Assembly (NCBI GenBank): GCA_934132895.1
Contig: CAKPAG010000001.1
Coordinates: 29,258 to 93,257, forward strand
Reading direction: 5' to 3'
Source of the DNA: an uncultured Clostridia bacterium
GTDB lineage: Bacteria; Bacillota; Clostridia; TANB77; CAG-465
DNA: 64,000 nucleotides
Shown one piece after another: positions 8,902 through 18,959 of the stretch; the first letter of the stretch is position 1; every line of letters begins with the position of its first letter. The notes under the pieces were generated by a model. The model was given only the letters and a program-made list of their open reading frames with translations. It was not told the origin of the DNA and did no database searches. The translations under genes and the position numbers were made by a program.

Positions 8902-11013
8902 CTATATTTCTTTCATAAGAGCTTTTGCACTTAAACTAAATTTACCATCGTCTTTTGAAATTTCAGTTACCTTTACTAAAATTTCATCTCCTACTTTTAA
9001 TGCATCTTCAACTTTAGCTATACGTTTTGTTGATATTTGTGAAATGTGTAAAAATCCTTCTTTTCCTGGTAATACTTCCACTAAAGCACCAAATTGTAAT
9101 ATTTTAGTTACTTTACCAAGATAAGTTTGATTTAGTTCTACATCTTTTGTCAAAGATTCTATTATTTCTATTGCTCTATCAATCTTTTCAGCTTCAATTC
9201 CTGAAACAAAAACGCTACCATCGTCTTCGATGTCTATTTTTACACCTGTTTCATCAATAATTTTATTTATTGTCTTTCCGCCAGCTCCTATAACATCCCC
9301 GATTTTACTTGGATTTATTTTTATAACTTCTATTTTTGGAGCATATTTTGAAAGATGATCTCTTGGTGCATCTATAGCTTTAAGCATAACTTCATCTAAA
9401 ATATAATTTCTTGCTTTATGTGTTCTTGCAAAAGCTTCTTCTATTATTTCATATGTAAGTCCATCAATTTTAATATCTACTTGAATTGCAGTTATACCAT
9501 TTTTTGTTCCAGCTACTTTAAAGTCCATATCTCCAAAGAAGTCTTCTATTCCTTGAATATCTGTAATCATTACATAGTCGGAAGTATCACCATTTTTTGT
9601 GAATAATCCTGTTGATATTCCAGCTACTGGTTCTTTAATTGGTACACCAGCATCCATTAATGCAAGTGTTGAACCACAAACACTTCCTTGAGATGTAGAA
9701 CCATTTGAGCTTAATACCTCAGATACAACTCTTATTGTATATGGGAACTCTTCTTTTGATGGAATAACTGGCTCTAAGGCACGTTCTGCTAAAGCTCCAT
9801 GTCCAATCTCTCTACGGCCTGGGCCTCTTGCTGGTCTAGCTTCTCCTACACTGTATGGTGGGAAGTTATAATGATGTATATATCTTTTTGTAACTTCTTC
9901 ATCAAGACCATCTATTTCTTGTTCATCTGATGATGAACCTAATGTTACCATAGAAAGTACTTGAGTTTGTCCACGAGAAAATAGTGCGCTACCATGTACT
10001 CTTTCAAAAAGTCCTACTTCAGCAGAAAGTGGTCTTATTTCATCATCTTTTCTTGAGTCTACACGTTTTCCTTCTTCTATTATTAAACTTCTTACAGCTT
10101 TTTTCTCTGTTTTATATAAAGCTTCACCAAGCATTGATTTATTTTCATTATATTTTTCTTCACCAAATTTTTTAATATATTCTTCTTTTACAAATTCATC
10201 TACTTTATTTACTTGCTCATCTCTTACAGTTTTTTCCTTTGTAACAACAGCTTCTTTCATTTTATCAAGAGCTACTTCTTCTACAAATTCAGCCATGTCT
10301 TCTGGCACAGCAAAAGAAAAATATTTAGCTTTAGGTTTTCCTACTTCATCTCTTATAGTTTTTATAAAATCACAAAGTTTCTTAATTTCCTTATGGGCTT
10401 CTTTTATTGCTTCTAACATCTTATCATCTGGAACTTCTTTTGCACCAGCTTCTATCATACATATTTTTTCTAAAGTTGCTGATACTGTTAAATCTAGTAT
10501 TGATTTTTCTCTATCTTCAAGTCCAGGGGTTAAAACTATTTTATCATCAACAATTCCAACTTTAATTGAACCTACTAACGCATCAAAAGGTATATCTGAT
10601 ATATTTAAAGCAATCGATGCTCCAATTGATGCTGGTACTTCTGGAAGTACATCAGGATCAACTGCTAATACCAAGGCATTAATAGATGTATCGTTTCTAT
10701 AATCTTTAGGAAATAATGGTCTTATTGGTCTATCAATCACACGTGATACAAGTATTGCTTTGTTTGAAGGTCTTCCCTCTCTTTTAATAAAACCTCCTGG
10801 TATTTTACCAACAGCATATAATCTTTCCTCATAATCTACTGAAAGAGGTAAAAAATCTATTCCCTCTCTTGGCTCTTTTGACATTGTTGCATTTACAAGT
10901 ACTGCTGTTTCTCCATATCTTACAAGACAAGAACCATTAGCAAGCCCTGCCATTTTACCTGTTTCTATAACAAGTTTGCGTCCTGCGTATTCCATTTCAA
11001 ATTTTTTATACAT
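8902..11013 (-). CDS. pnp: polyribonucleotide nucleotidyltransferase (PNPase)
   Basis: Two RNase PH domains plus KH and S1. The start is set at MYKKFEMEYAGRKL, which has a GGAGGA RBS. The first 24 codons of the track ORF are a spurious extension. Confidence 0.95.
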   Translation of the reverse strand: MYKKFEMEYAGRKLVIETGKMAGLANGSCLVRYGETAVLVNATMSKEPREGIDFLPLSVDYEERLYAVGKIPGGFIKREGRPSNKAILVSRVIDRPIRPLFPKDYRNDTSINALVLAVDPDVLPEVPASIGASIALNISDIPFDALVGSIKVGIVDDKIVLTPGLEDREKSILDLTVSATLEKICMIEAGAKEVPDDKMLEAIKEAHKEIKKLCDFIKTIRDEVGKPKAKYFSFAVPEDMAEFVEEVALDKMKEAVVTKEKTVRDEQVNKVDEFVKEEYIKKFGEEKYNENKSMLGEALYKTEKKAVRSLIIEEGKRVDSRKDDEIRPLSAEVGLFERVHGSALFSRGQTQVLSMVTLGSSSDEQEIDGLDEEVTKRYIHHYNFPPYSVGEARPARGPGRREIGHGALAERALEPVIPSKEEFPYTIRVVSEVLSSNGSTSQGSVCGSTLALMDAGVPIKEPVAGISTGLFTKNGDTSDYVMITDIQGIEDFFGDMDFKVAGTKNGITAIQVDIKIDGLTYEIIEEAFARTHKARNYILDEVMLKAIDAPRDHLSKYAPKIEVIKINPSKIGDVIGAGGKTINKIIDETGVKIDIEDDGSVFVSGIEAEKIDRAIEIIESLTKDVELNQTYLGKVTKILQFGALVEVLPGKEGFLHISQISTKRIAKVEDALKVGDEILVKVTEISKDDGKFSLSAKALMKEI

Positions 11014-11190
11014 AAAAATCCTCCTTAAAATTTGATTTTTAAATAAAAGGCCGTAATAATAATTTCTAAACATAAATTTATACATTCACAAATTATTACT
11101 ACTTAAGCCCTTTTATTCAGAAATATTATACTACAAAACATTTTCTTATTCAAGTAAAGTTAAAAAGATTAACAAAAAAAGTAATATACC

Positions 11191-11228
11191 TATAAAAAAA
11201 GGCCTAAACAAAAATTTAAGCCCTTTTC
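11191..11228 (-). terminator. probable rho-independent terminator after the TSCPD gene
   Basis: Minus-sense AAAAGGGC...GGCCTTTT stem followed by TTTTTTTA. Confidence 0.45.
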
Positions 11229-11233
11229 CTTTA

Positions 11234-11488
11234 TTATTTATTTTCTTCTATTATTTTTTCTAAAGCTTTAGCTATTTGATCAGGACATGAAGTAGATCTC
11301 ATACCACATTTAATTCCTTTTAACTTAGATATAGCTTCATTTACATCCATTCCTTCAAGTAATTTTGCTAGTCCTATTGTATTTCCTGGACATCCTCCAA
11401 TTACTTTAATACTCTTTATTTTATTACCGTCTAAATCTATTTCAAATTCTCTTGAACACACACCAGTAGGTGTATATGTATATCTCAT
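11234..11488 (-). CDS. TSCPD domain protein (TIGR03905-like)
   Basis: 84 aa with GGCPGN and STSCPDQ motifs. Confidence 0.8.
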   Translation of the reverse strand: MRYTYTPTGVCSREFEIDLDGNKIKSIKVIGGCPGNTIGLAKLLEGMDVNEAISKLKGIKCGMRSTSCPDQIAKALEKIIEENK

Positions 11489-11503
11489 AATTTATCTCCT
11501 TTT

Positions 11504-12448
11504 TTAGGCCTTACCTGCACAACCAAGTACATCTTCAATCTTATGTTTAACCATATTTTTTACAGCCTCTCTTGCTTTTCCAAGATATGTTCTAGGATCA
11601 AAAACTCCTGGTTCCTCTACAAAACATTCACGAATATTCGCCGTCATTGCAAGACGAATATCACTGTCAATGTTTATTTTACATACAGCCATTGTTGCAG
11701 CCTTTCTTAACATTTCTTCTGGTACACCTTTAGCTCCAGGAATTTGACCACCATATTCATTACACATTTTAACAAATTCTTGTGGTACAGAAGAAGCCCC
11801 ATGAAGCACTATAGGAAAACCTGGTAATTTTTTTCCAACTTCTTCTAATATATCAAATCTAAGTTTAGCATCTCCTTTAAATTTATATGCTCCATGACTT
11901 GTTCCAATAGCAATAGCTAAAGAGTCACACCCTGTTCTTTTTACAAATTCTACTGCTTCATCAGGATTAGTATACATTGCATCTTTTTCTTCCACATTTA
12001 CATCATCTTCAACTCCTGCAAGTTTTCCAAGTTCTGCTTCTACAACTACACCTCTTTCATGTGCATAGTCTACTACTTTTTTAGTAAGTTCTACATTTTC
12101 TTCAAAACTATATTTAGAGCCATCAATCATTACTGATGTAAAACCACTATCTATACACGCTTTGCATGTTTCAAAATCTGGGCCGTGGTCTAAATGTAAT
12201 ACTACTGGAATCTCCTTTCCAGATTTTTCATTACATTCAATTGCAGCCTCTACTAATTTTTTTAAATAAATTGGATTAGCATACTTTCTTGCTCCTGCAG
12301 ATACTTGCAATATAACTGGTGCTTCTGTTTCGTTTACAGCCTCCATTATTCCTTGAATAATTTCCATATTATTAACATTAAAAGCTCCTACTGCATATCC
12401 ACCTTCATATGCTTTTTTAAACATTTCCTTTGTTGTAACAAGTCCCAT
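11504..12448 (-). CDS. fba: class II fructose-1,6-bisphosphate aldolase
   Basis: 314 aa with LHLDHG, GTSHGAYKF and VLHGASS motifs. The start lies 6 nt after the upstream stop. Confidence 0.93.
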   Translation of the reverse strand: MGLVTTKEMFKKAYEGGYAVGAFNVNNMEIIQGIMEAVNETEAPVILQVSAGARKYANPIYLKKLVEAAIECNEKSGKEIPVVLHLDHGPDFETCKACIDSGFTSVMIDGSKYSFEENVELTKKVVDYAHERGVVVEAELGKLAGVEDDVNVEEKDAMYTNPDEAVEFVKRTGCDSLAIAIGTSHGAYKFKGDAKLRFDILEEVGKKLPGFPIVLHGASSVPQEFVKMCNEYGGQIPGAKGVPEEMLRKAATMAVCKINIDSDIRLAMTANIRECFVEEPGVFDPRTYLGKAREAVKNMVKHKIEDVLGCAGKA

Positions 12449-12454
12449 AAATCA

Positions 12455-13948
12455 TTACCCCTTTCTATTATTTAATGTTGGTACATACTCTTCTTTTTGA
12501 AAAGCTTCATTTCTACTTCTTTTTACATTTAGCCTTTCTTCAACCAAGTTGACACGTCTTTTTCTATCATTCTTATCAGCTTCTATTTTTGATACTTCTT
12601 CTTCACTATTTGTAGCGCTCATTCTAGGATCATCAAAAATCCCACCTTTTTTAGGTTTTTCTTTTTCTTTTGCATTATCTATTTCCTTAGGTTCTTTATT
12701 TTCTTCTTTTTGACCATTTGTAATTTTTTTATCATCATATTGCACTCCTGATATCATTTCAAGCGATTGAAGAATTTCTTCCGCCTTAGCATAATTTCCT
12801 CTTTCCTCTGCCTCATAATATTTATCTAAAAGATCTTCTATAGATTTATCTTGAAGTTTATCACTTTTTTCATTTATTTTATTTAAATCTTCTACATTAT
12901 CTTTAAAATCAAAATCATTTTCTCTTTCTTCTTTTATTACTCTTCCACCAAGTTCTCTTTCATGTACTACATTATATCCTGACATAGTATTTCTCGCTCT
13001 TTCTAGGTCATTTTTTTCATCAATACTTTTTTGCAATTCAAATGGGTTTGGATTTATGTTATGAAGTTTACTAGAAATCTCTATATATTCTTTTTGATAA
13101 GCATCCATTTCCTTTTTAAACTTCTCAGGTGACATATTTGCAGCTTTTGTACCTAAATATGCAATATCTGTTGCAAGGCTATTTCTTTTCTCATAAAGTC
13201 TATATACTTCTTTTATATCGTTTTCATTTCTATTTAAAACATATTCTTCATTTTTAGCGGATCTTACTGCTAATTCTTCCTCATATTCTTTGATATCTTC
13301 GTCATCACGTATAACGGATTTTTTAGAAATTCCCCTATATCTTTCATCAATGCTTTTTAAATACTTTTCATAAAGTAAAAGTTCTGTTCCTTGCTTTTCT
13401 CCTACACTTATATCCCCAGTTTCAATTTGTCCTTTTCTTCCCTCTTGAAGGTTTAATTTTAGATTATAATATTTTTCTAAAGTTGTCTTATACATAGCTT
13501 TTAGTACTGTAGCTCTTAAATTTTCTTCGGTTATTTCCTGAGGCTCTTTTTTCTTTTTTTCTTCTAGTTCTTGCTCAACTTCTTTTTTAGTATTACTATC
13601 CATTCCAATTCCATCTTTAGAAACAGAAGAGATAGTAGTTTCAATTTCTTTTTGTTCCTTTTCTTTTATTTCTTTGATATCTTCACCTTCTATACTGCTA
13701 CGTACCTTTTCCATAGTAGTTGGTTCTAGATATGCTCTTAACTGTTTCTGGATATCAGTGTTATATTTTTTGTTATACGAATTTAATATTTCTTGCATAG
13801 CATTATCTGAATATATTTCTCTTACATCCATTTCTACTGCATTACTATTATATTTTTTTGGTTTTCCCGCTAAATCATATTCATTTTTTATCATTTCTTG
13901 TATATTTTCTTTTTGAATTTCAGTTAATTTTCCCATATTAAATATCAC
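12455..13948 (-). CDS. highly charged (K/E-rich) predicted coiled-coil protein, function unknown
   Basis: 497-aa ORF. Either its GTG overlaps the HipA-like stop (GTGA) or it uses an ATG 8 nt downstream. No motif recognised. Confidence 0.6.
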   Translation of the reverse strand: MIFNMGKLTEIQKENIQEMIKNEYDLAGKPKKYNSNAVEMDVREIYSDNAMQEILNSYNKKYNTDIQKQLRAYLEPTTMEKVRSSIEGEDIKEIKEKEQKEIETTISSVSKDGIGMDSNTKKEVEQELEEKKKKEPQEITEENLRATVLKAMYKTTLEKYYNLKLNLQEGRKGQIETGDISVGEKQGTELLLYEKYLKSIDERYRGISKKSVIRDDEDIKEYEEELAVRSAKNEEYVLNRNENDIKEVYRLYEKRNSLATDIAYLGTKAANMSPEKFKKEMDAYQKEYIEISSKLHNINPNPFELQKSIDEKNDLERARNTMSGYNVVHERELGGRVIKEERENDFDFKDNVEDLNKINEKSDKLQDKSIEDLLDKYYEAEERGNYAKAEEILQSLEMISGVQYDDKKITNGQKEENKEPKEIDNAKEKEKPKKGGIFDDPRMSATNSEEEVSKIEADKNDRKRRVNLVEERLNVKRSRNEAFQKEEYVPTLNNRKG

Positions 13949-14799
13949 TTTCCTTTACATACATTTTTTATTATATCATATCTTAAACTTATTATTTTTT
14001 TATAGAAAGTCTTTCTTGTATCAGAAATACATGAAATTTCATCTATAAAGCTATTAATTTTATTGATATCTATTCTTTCAAAAACTCTATCTACTGCTTT
14101 ATTTAGTTCTTCATTTTTTCTTGACTTAATATATGTCATATAATTTATTTTTTTTCTATTTATCATTATACAAGAATAACAATTTATTGCCAAATTTTTA
14201 ATTTCAGTTTCATTCAGTAATTCTATATCTTTATCTTCCAACATAGGATTTAAACAAGAACCACAATCATATATTGGTGCGAAGCTTATCTCATTTGACT
14301 CATCATTTACCAAAAACCCCCAATTTCCATTATGTCTATCTGTATTTCCAATTATACTATCTATAACGAACATATCCCAAAAGTTATTTTTTGTATACGA
14401 AGTATCTATCAGCTTAGACTCTTCAATTACACCCATAATATCTTCAAGTTCGGTACCTATTTTTTTATCTGGATTTACGCTTAATGCTATACTTTCAAAT
14501 TCATATAAAATATTATGCTCATCTGTAAAATCTTCACATCCACAAACAATTTTTTCTTTTTCGTTATATATATATTTTCCTAATACAGTATTTTGTGTAT
14601 TAAAACCTGATATCTTAAATATATTACTTCCTATATACTCTGAAAATGCATTATTTATATATGATATATTTTTATTTTTTTCTCTTACTGGATCTGGAAA
14701 TTTTACCAAATACTTTTTATTATTAAACTTTAAAGTTTTTTTCTTTTCTGAGCCTTTATATCTATTAAATTCTTCTATACAATTTGTAAAATCAATCAC
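13945..14799 (-). CDS. HipA-like (HipA_C family) serine/threonine kinase
   Basis: 284 aa. IIGNTDRHNGNWGF...FAPIYDCGS matches the HipA catalytic loop plus the APxYD motif. GTG start 7 nt after GGAGAG. Confidence 0.7.
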   Translation of the reverse strand: MIDFTNCIEEFNRYKGSEKKKTLKFNNKKYLVKFPDPVREKNKNISYINNAFSEYIGSNIFKISGFNTQNTVLGKYIYNEKEKIVCGCEDFTDEHNILYEFESIALSVNPDKKIGTELEDIMGVIEESKLIDTSYTKNNFWDMFVIDSIIGNTDRHNGNWGFLVNDESNEISFAPIYDCGSCLNPMLEDKDIELLNETEIKNLAINCYSCIMINRKKINYMTYIKSRKNEELNKAVDRVFERIDINKINSFIDEISCISDTRKTFYKKIISLRYDIIKNVCKGK

Positions 14800-14874
14800 C
14801 GTTAATCTCTCCTTATAACTATATTTTACTATATTTATGTTAGAACTTCAAGTGTTTAAAAAAAATTACAAAAG

Positions 14875-15642
14875 TTATATATCTATTTCAAGTCCTATTG
14901 GACAATGGTCACTTCCATAGATATCAGAATAAATAGTAGCCCCTTTAATTTTTTCTTTTATTCTATCTGAAACTATAAAATAATCAATTCTCCAACCTAC
15001 ATTTTTTTCTCTTGAATTTCTCATATATGACCACCATGAATATGCATCTTTTTTATCTGGATACAAATACCTAAATGTATCAATATATCCACTATTTAAT
15101 AACACACTCATTTTGTTTCTTTCTTCATCAGTAAATCCTGCATTTTTGTGATTAGTAGATGGATTTTTTAAATCTATTTCTTTATGAGCTACATTTAAAT
15201 CTCCACAATATATAACTGGTTTTTCTTCATTTAAACTATTTAAATAATCTAAAATTTCTTCTTCCCATTTCATTCTATAATCTAATCTTTCAAGCTCTCT
15301 TTTAGAGTTTGGAGTATAGCAATTCACAAAGAAAAAGTTATCATATTCTAAAGTTATAACCCTCCCTTCAGTATCATGTTCTTCTTTACCTATTCCATAA
15401 GTTACACCTAGTGGTTCTTTTTTAGCAAATACTGCGGTGCCAGAATAACCTTTTTTAATTGCACTATTAAAATACATATGATAACCATCAAATATAGCTT
15501 TTGTTATCATATCTAATTGATCTTCACTACATTTGGTTTCTTGCAAGCAAAAAATATCTGCATTACTACCTTTAAAAAATTCTTCAAATCCTTTATTTAT
15601 ACACGCTCTTATTCCATTTACATTCCATGATATACATTTCAT
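14875..15642 (-). CDS. xth: exodeoxyribonuclease III
   Basis: 255 aa with WNVNG, LQETK, GDLNVAH and SDHCP motifs. Confidence 0.92.
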   Translation of the reverse strand: MKCISWNVNGIRACINKGFEEFFKGSNADIFCLQETKCSEDQLDMITKAIFDGYHMYFNSAIKKGYSGTAVFAKKEPLGVTYGIGKEEHDTEGRVITLEYDNFFFVNCYTPNSKRELERLDYRMKWEEEILDYLNSLNEEKPVIYCGDLNVAHKEIDLKNPSTNHKNAGFTDEERNKMSVLLNSGYIDTFRYLYPDKKDAYSWWSYMRNSREKNVGWRIDYFIVSDRIKEKIKGATIYSDIYGSDHCPIGLEIDI

Positions 15643-15672
15643 ATTTTTTCTCCATTCTATATAATCTATATA

Positions 15673-16296
15673 CTATACAAATTTTTTGCAAAAACTTGGT
15701 CTATGTATTGGTGTAAGCCCATATTTTTTTATAGCCTCAATATGTGCTTTAGTACCATATCCTTTGTGTTTTGCAAATCCATATTCAGGATACAACTTGT
15801 CATATTCAATTAGCATTCTATCCCTTGTAACTTTAGCTATAATAGAAGCTGCTGCTATTGATTCGGACTTAGCATCTCCAGATACTACTGTTTCTGCATC
15901 AATGCTAATATCTATCATTTGATTTCCATCAATTAAACAATAATCTGGTTTTACTTTTAAATTTTCGATTGCTTTTTTCATAGCAATTTTAGTTGCATTT
16001 AATATATTTACTTTTTCAATTACATCTACCTCAGAAATACCAACACCTACTGCTACAGCTTCATTCATTATATCATCGTATAACATTTCTCTTTTTTTCT
16101 CTGTTAATTTTTTGGAATCATTCACACCTTCTATTTTCTTATCTTTAGGCAAAATTACAGCTGCTGCAACTACAGGACCACATAAAGGTCCTCTTCCAGC
16201 CTCATCTATTCCTGCAATATTTATATATCCTTTATCATATAATCTATGTTCTATTTCTAACATGTTTGTTAATCTTTCAATTTCTTTTTCTTTCAT
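15673..16296 (-). CDS. rnhB: ribonuclease HII
   Basis: 207 aa with GIDEAGRGPLCGPVV and DSKKL motifs. Confidence 0.93.
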   Translation of the reverse strand: MKEKEIERLTNMLEIEHRLYDKGYINIAGIDEAGRGPLCGPVVAAAVILPKDKKIEGVNDSKKLTEKKREMLYDDIMNEAVAVGVGISEVDVIEKVNILNATKIAMKKAIENLKVKPDYCLIDGNQMIDISIDAETVVSGDAKSESIAAASIIAKVTRDRMLIEYDKLYPEYGFAKHKGYGTKAHIEAIKKYGLTPIHRPSFCKKFV

Positions 16297-16366
16297 AAAA
16301 AAACTCCTCTTTTCTTTGTTATACCATATAACAGAAATAAAAACAACAAAATATTTTAAATTTTAA

Positions 16367-16395
16367 TTGACTGCATAAAAAAAGTATGCTACAAT
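16367..16395 (+). promoter_or_regulatory. sigma-A type promoter
   Basis: TTGACT, 17 nt spacer, TACAAT, about 70 nt upstream of ATG 16467. Confidence 0.5.
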
Positions 16396-16466
16396 GATCT
16401 AGGTTATATATTTAAGATTTGATTGCAAATGCAATAAATGTTATATTAGTGATTGGAGGATTTTTT

Positions 16467-16925
16467 ATGCAACAGTTAAAACTTAAAACTCTCACAAGGC
16501 AAGGAGATGCTGACCCTACGATTGATAACACAATAATAGTAACACATGATTACTACTCAAAGCTTCCCATACTAAAAGATGAAGAGTTAGGAGATTGCAT
16601 TACAACAAAAGGTACTTTTGAAGAAATATATAGAGGGCACAATAAAGATGAAGCTTCAAAGCATATTGCTTTAATTATACAGACAAGTGAAAATGACAAA
16701 ATGCCATGGAATATTGTATGGGTTGAAAATGAAGCTTTATGGATAGCTTTTAAATATGCCAATATAATTGATCCTGATGAAGCCTACGGTAGCACTGTTG
16801 AAGTAGCTAATCCACAAAGGGGACAAGTCTACAAAATAAGCAAATACGTTGCCGAACTTTTAAGACAAGCGTACAATATTAATGTGCCTCTTGAAGAAGT
16901 ATACTGCAATTCCCCAAGATATTAA
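16467..16925 (+). CDS. hypothetical protein (152 aa)
   Basis: ATG 7 nt after GGAGGA. The upstream part of the track ORF (16419) is discarded. No motif recognised. Confidence 0.6.
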   Translation: MQQLKLKTLTRQGDADPTIDNTIIVTHDYYSKLPILKDEELGDCITTKGTFEEIYRGHNKDEASKHIALIIQTSENDKMPWNIVWVENEALWIAFKYANIIDPDEAYGSTVEVANPQRGQVYKISKYVAELLRQAYNINVPLEEVYCNSPRY

Positions 16926-16982
16926 TTCCATATTTTTATATATTGAATTCTACTTACCATATATATAAATATATATAACCAA

Positions 16983-17016
16983 AAATAACGTTACATTTAA
17001 TTTTGTAACGTTATTT
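16983..17016. terminator. bidirectional hairpin terminator between convergent genes
   Basis: Perfect 12-bp stem AAATAACGTTAC / GTAACGTTATTT flanked by A and T runs. Confidence 0.6.
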
Positions 17017-17024
17017 TCTTTTAA

Positions 17025-17906
17025 TTAGTTATAATCGATTTCATGCTTCTTTTCTTTTAATCTTTGTATAATATTATAATCATCTATACATAAATTATTA
17101 TCTATTCCGGTTCCAATTTCTACATCTCCACCTATTTTATGAAAGTCAGATCCTACAGTTGGAATTAAATTAAATTTTTTACAAATATCTAGGTAAAACT
17201 TTCTTTCCTCTTCCTTATTTCTAGGATTATACACTTCTATTCCAGAAAGTCCAGCTCTAATAAGCTCAAATATAAATTCTTCAAAACTCTCAAAGTTCAT
17301 TTTTAAGCTTTTTGGATGTGCAATTATCGGTACTCCTCCACACTTTACAATACTTTTAGTTAATTCTACAGGTGACATTTTTTTCCTTTCTATATGTGCC
17401 ATTTGCCCATAATCTAAAAATTTTGAAAATGCATCTTCTGGAGTATATGCATATCCATTCTTGCTTAAAAAGCTTGCAATATCATATCTTCCAAAACTCT
17501 TTTTCTTTGTATATTTTAGCATTTTACCATAAGTAATGTTTATTCCTTGATTTTTCAATCTTTCTATTATTTTTTCATTTGTCTTTTTTCTATCTTCTTC
17601 GTACTTGCTAAGAATTTCATATATCCGCGGAGACACAAAATATGCTAGTATATGACATACATGATGATTTGAAAGCCCTATATCTTGCATATTAGCTCCT
17701 ATCTCAATGCCAGGTATTACTTCAATCCCATTATATTTAGTGTTTCCTTTTACTAATTTTTTAGCTACCCTCAAAGATGATAAATTATAATGTTCGGTAA
17801 AAGAAATAACTGAAACGTTATTATTGCTAGCTATCTCAAGTAAATCTTTTATATCCATTTTTCCATCAGAATATTTACTGTGAACATGTAAATCTATATA
17901 TCCCAT
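17025..17906 (-). CDS. PHP-domain phosphoesterase
   Basis: 293 aa with IDLHVHSKYSDG, IAHP and GSDFH motifs. It contains an in-frame CGG (17625-17627) that must be read in the 0 frame. Confidence 0.8.
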   Translation of the reverse strand: MGYIDLHVHSKYSDGKMDIKDLLEIASNNNVSVISFTEHYNLSSLRVAKKLVKGNTKYNGIEVIPGIEIGANMQDIGLSNHHVCHILAYFVSPRIYEILSKYEEDRKKTNEKIIERLKNQGINITYGKMLKYTKKKSFGRYDIASFLSKNGYAYTPEDAFSKFLDYGQMAHIERKKMSPVELTKSIVKCGGVPIIAHPKSLKMNFESFEEFIFELIRAGLSGIEVYNPRNKEEERKFYLDICKKFNLIPTVGSDFHKIGGDVEIGTGIDNNLCIDDYNIIQRLKEKKHEIDYN

Positions 17907-18059
17907 TTTATACTCCTCCTATTTAGAATAAGTTTTAATACTATATTTATTTACACATATTATACATTTTTTTATGATTTTATACAAGTAGTAATTCCTT
18001 ATATTTTTATAATAATCATTAATACATTATAACTAAAGTCCTTTTTATCATTTTATAAG

Positions 18060-18938
18060 CTATTTTAATTCTAAACATTCTTTATATACGTCATTTTTGT
18101 TTAAACCTTTTAATTTGGCTACTTTTTTTATAGCTTCTTTTTTATCTAAACCATTTTTTATTTCGTTTAATACAAGTTCTCTACTTGTCACAGATTTTAA
18201 ATATTCATTTTCTTCCTTTTCTTTTAACTCTTCTGAAATTCCTTCTATTACTAAAACTATTTCTCCCTTTATTCCATTTAAAGAAATTTCTTCTATTTCT
18301 TCAGCTATTGTAGTATATATGTACTCTTCATGTATTTTAGTAAGTTCTCTTGCTACACAAATATTTCTATTACCAAAATATTCTTTCATATCTTTCAAAG
18401 TAGCTAAAATCTTATGTGGTGCTTCATAAAATATCATTGTTCTTGTTTCATTTTTTAACTCTGAAAGTCTTGCTTTCCTTTGTTTTTTATTTATAGAAAG
18501 AAAGCCTTCAAAAGTAAATCTTGTACTATCAATACCACTTCCAACTATTGCTGTAGCAAGTGCTGTAACACCAGGTATTACTTCTACATTATATCCATTT
18601 TGAACTAAATACTTAACTAGATTTTGTCCTGGATCAGATATAACAGGCATACCAGCATCAGAAACTAAAGCTAAGTTTTTTTTAGTATTTAAATACTCAA
18701 CTACTTTTTCTATTTTTTCATCTTCATTATGTCTATGATAGCTTATCATATGTTTTTCTATGTTCAAATGATTTAATAACTTTAAAGTTTGTCTTGTATC
18801 TTCAGCTAAAATCATATCTACATTTTTTAATGTTTCTATTGCTCTTAACGTTATATCACCTAAATTCCCTATAGGTGTTCCAACTATATATAATGTTCCT
18901 TTTTCAGTATTTTTAACATTCTTATTCTTTTGGCTCAT
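18060..18938 (-). CDS. rsmI: 16S rRNA (cytidine1402-2'-O)-methyltransferase
   Basis: 292 aa. LYIVGTPIGNLGDITLRAIETLKNVDMILAEDTR is a tetrapyrrole-methylase-like fold. Confidence 0.9.
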   Translation of the reverse strand: MSQKNKNVKNTEKGTLYIVGTPIGNLGDITLRAIETLKNVDMILAEDTRQTLKLLNHLNIEKHMISYHRHNEDEKIEKVVEYLNTKKNLALVSDAGMPVISDPGQNLVKYLVQNGYNVEVIPGVTALATAIVGSGIDSTRFTFEGFLSINKKQRKARLSELKNETRTMIFYEAPHKILATLKDMKEYFGNRNICVARELTKIHEEYIYTTIAEEIEEISLNGIKGEIVLVIEGISEELKEKEENEYLKSVTSRELVLNEIKNGLDKKEAIKKVAKLKGLNKNDVYKECLELK

Positions 18939-18959
18939 AATATCCTCTTTTCTTTCTAA

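Noticed and set aside
11014-11085. N-terminal extensions of track ORFs (pnp 11085, ppaC 49429, KH protein 36923, tetR 60776, rsmD 43058, 16419, 61977)
   Set aside because: Internal start codons have proper Shine-Dalgarno spacing and match family N-termini. The extensions overlap upstream genes or have odd composition.
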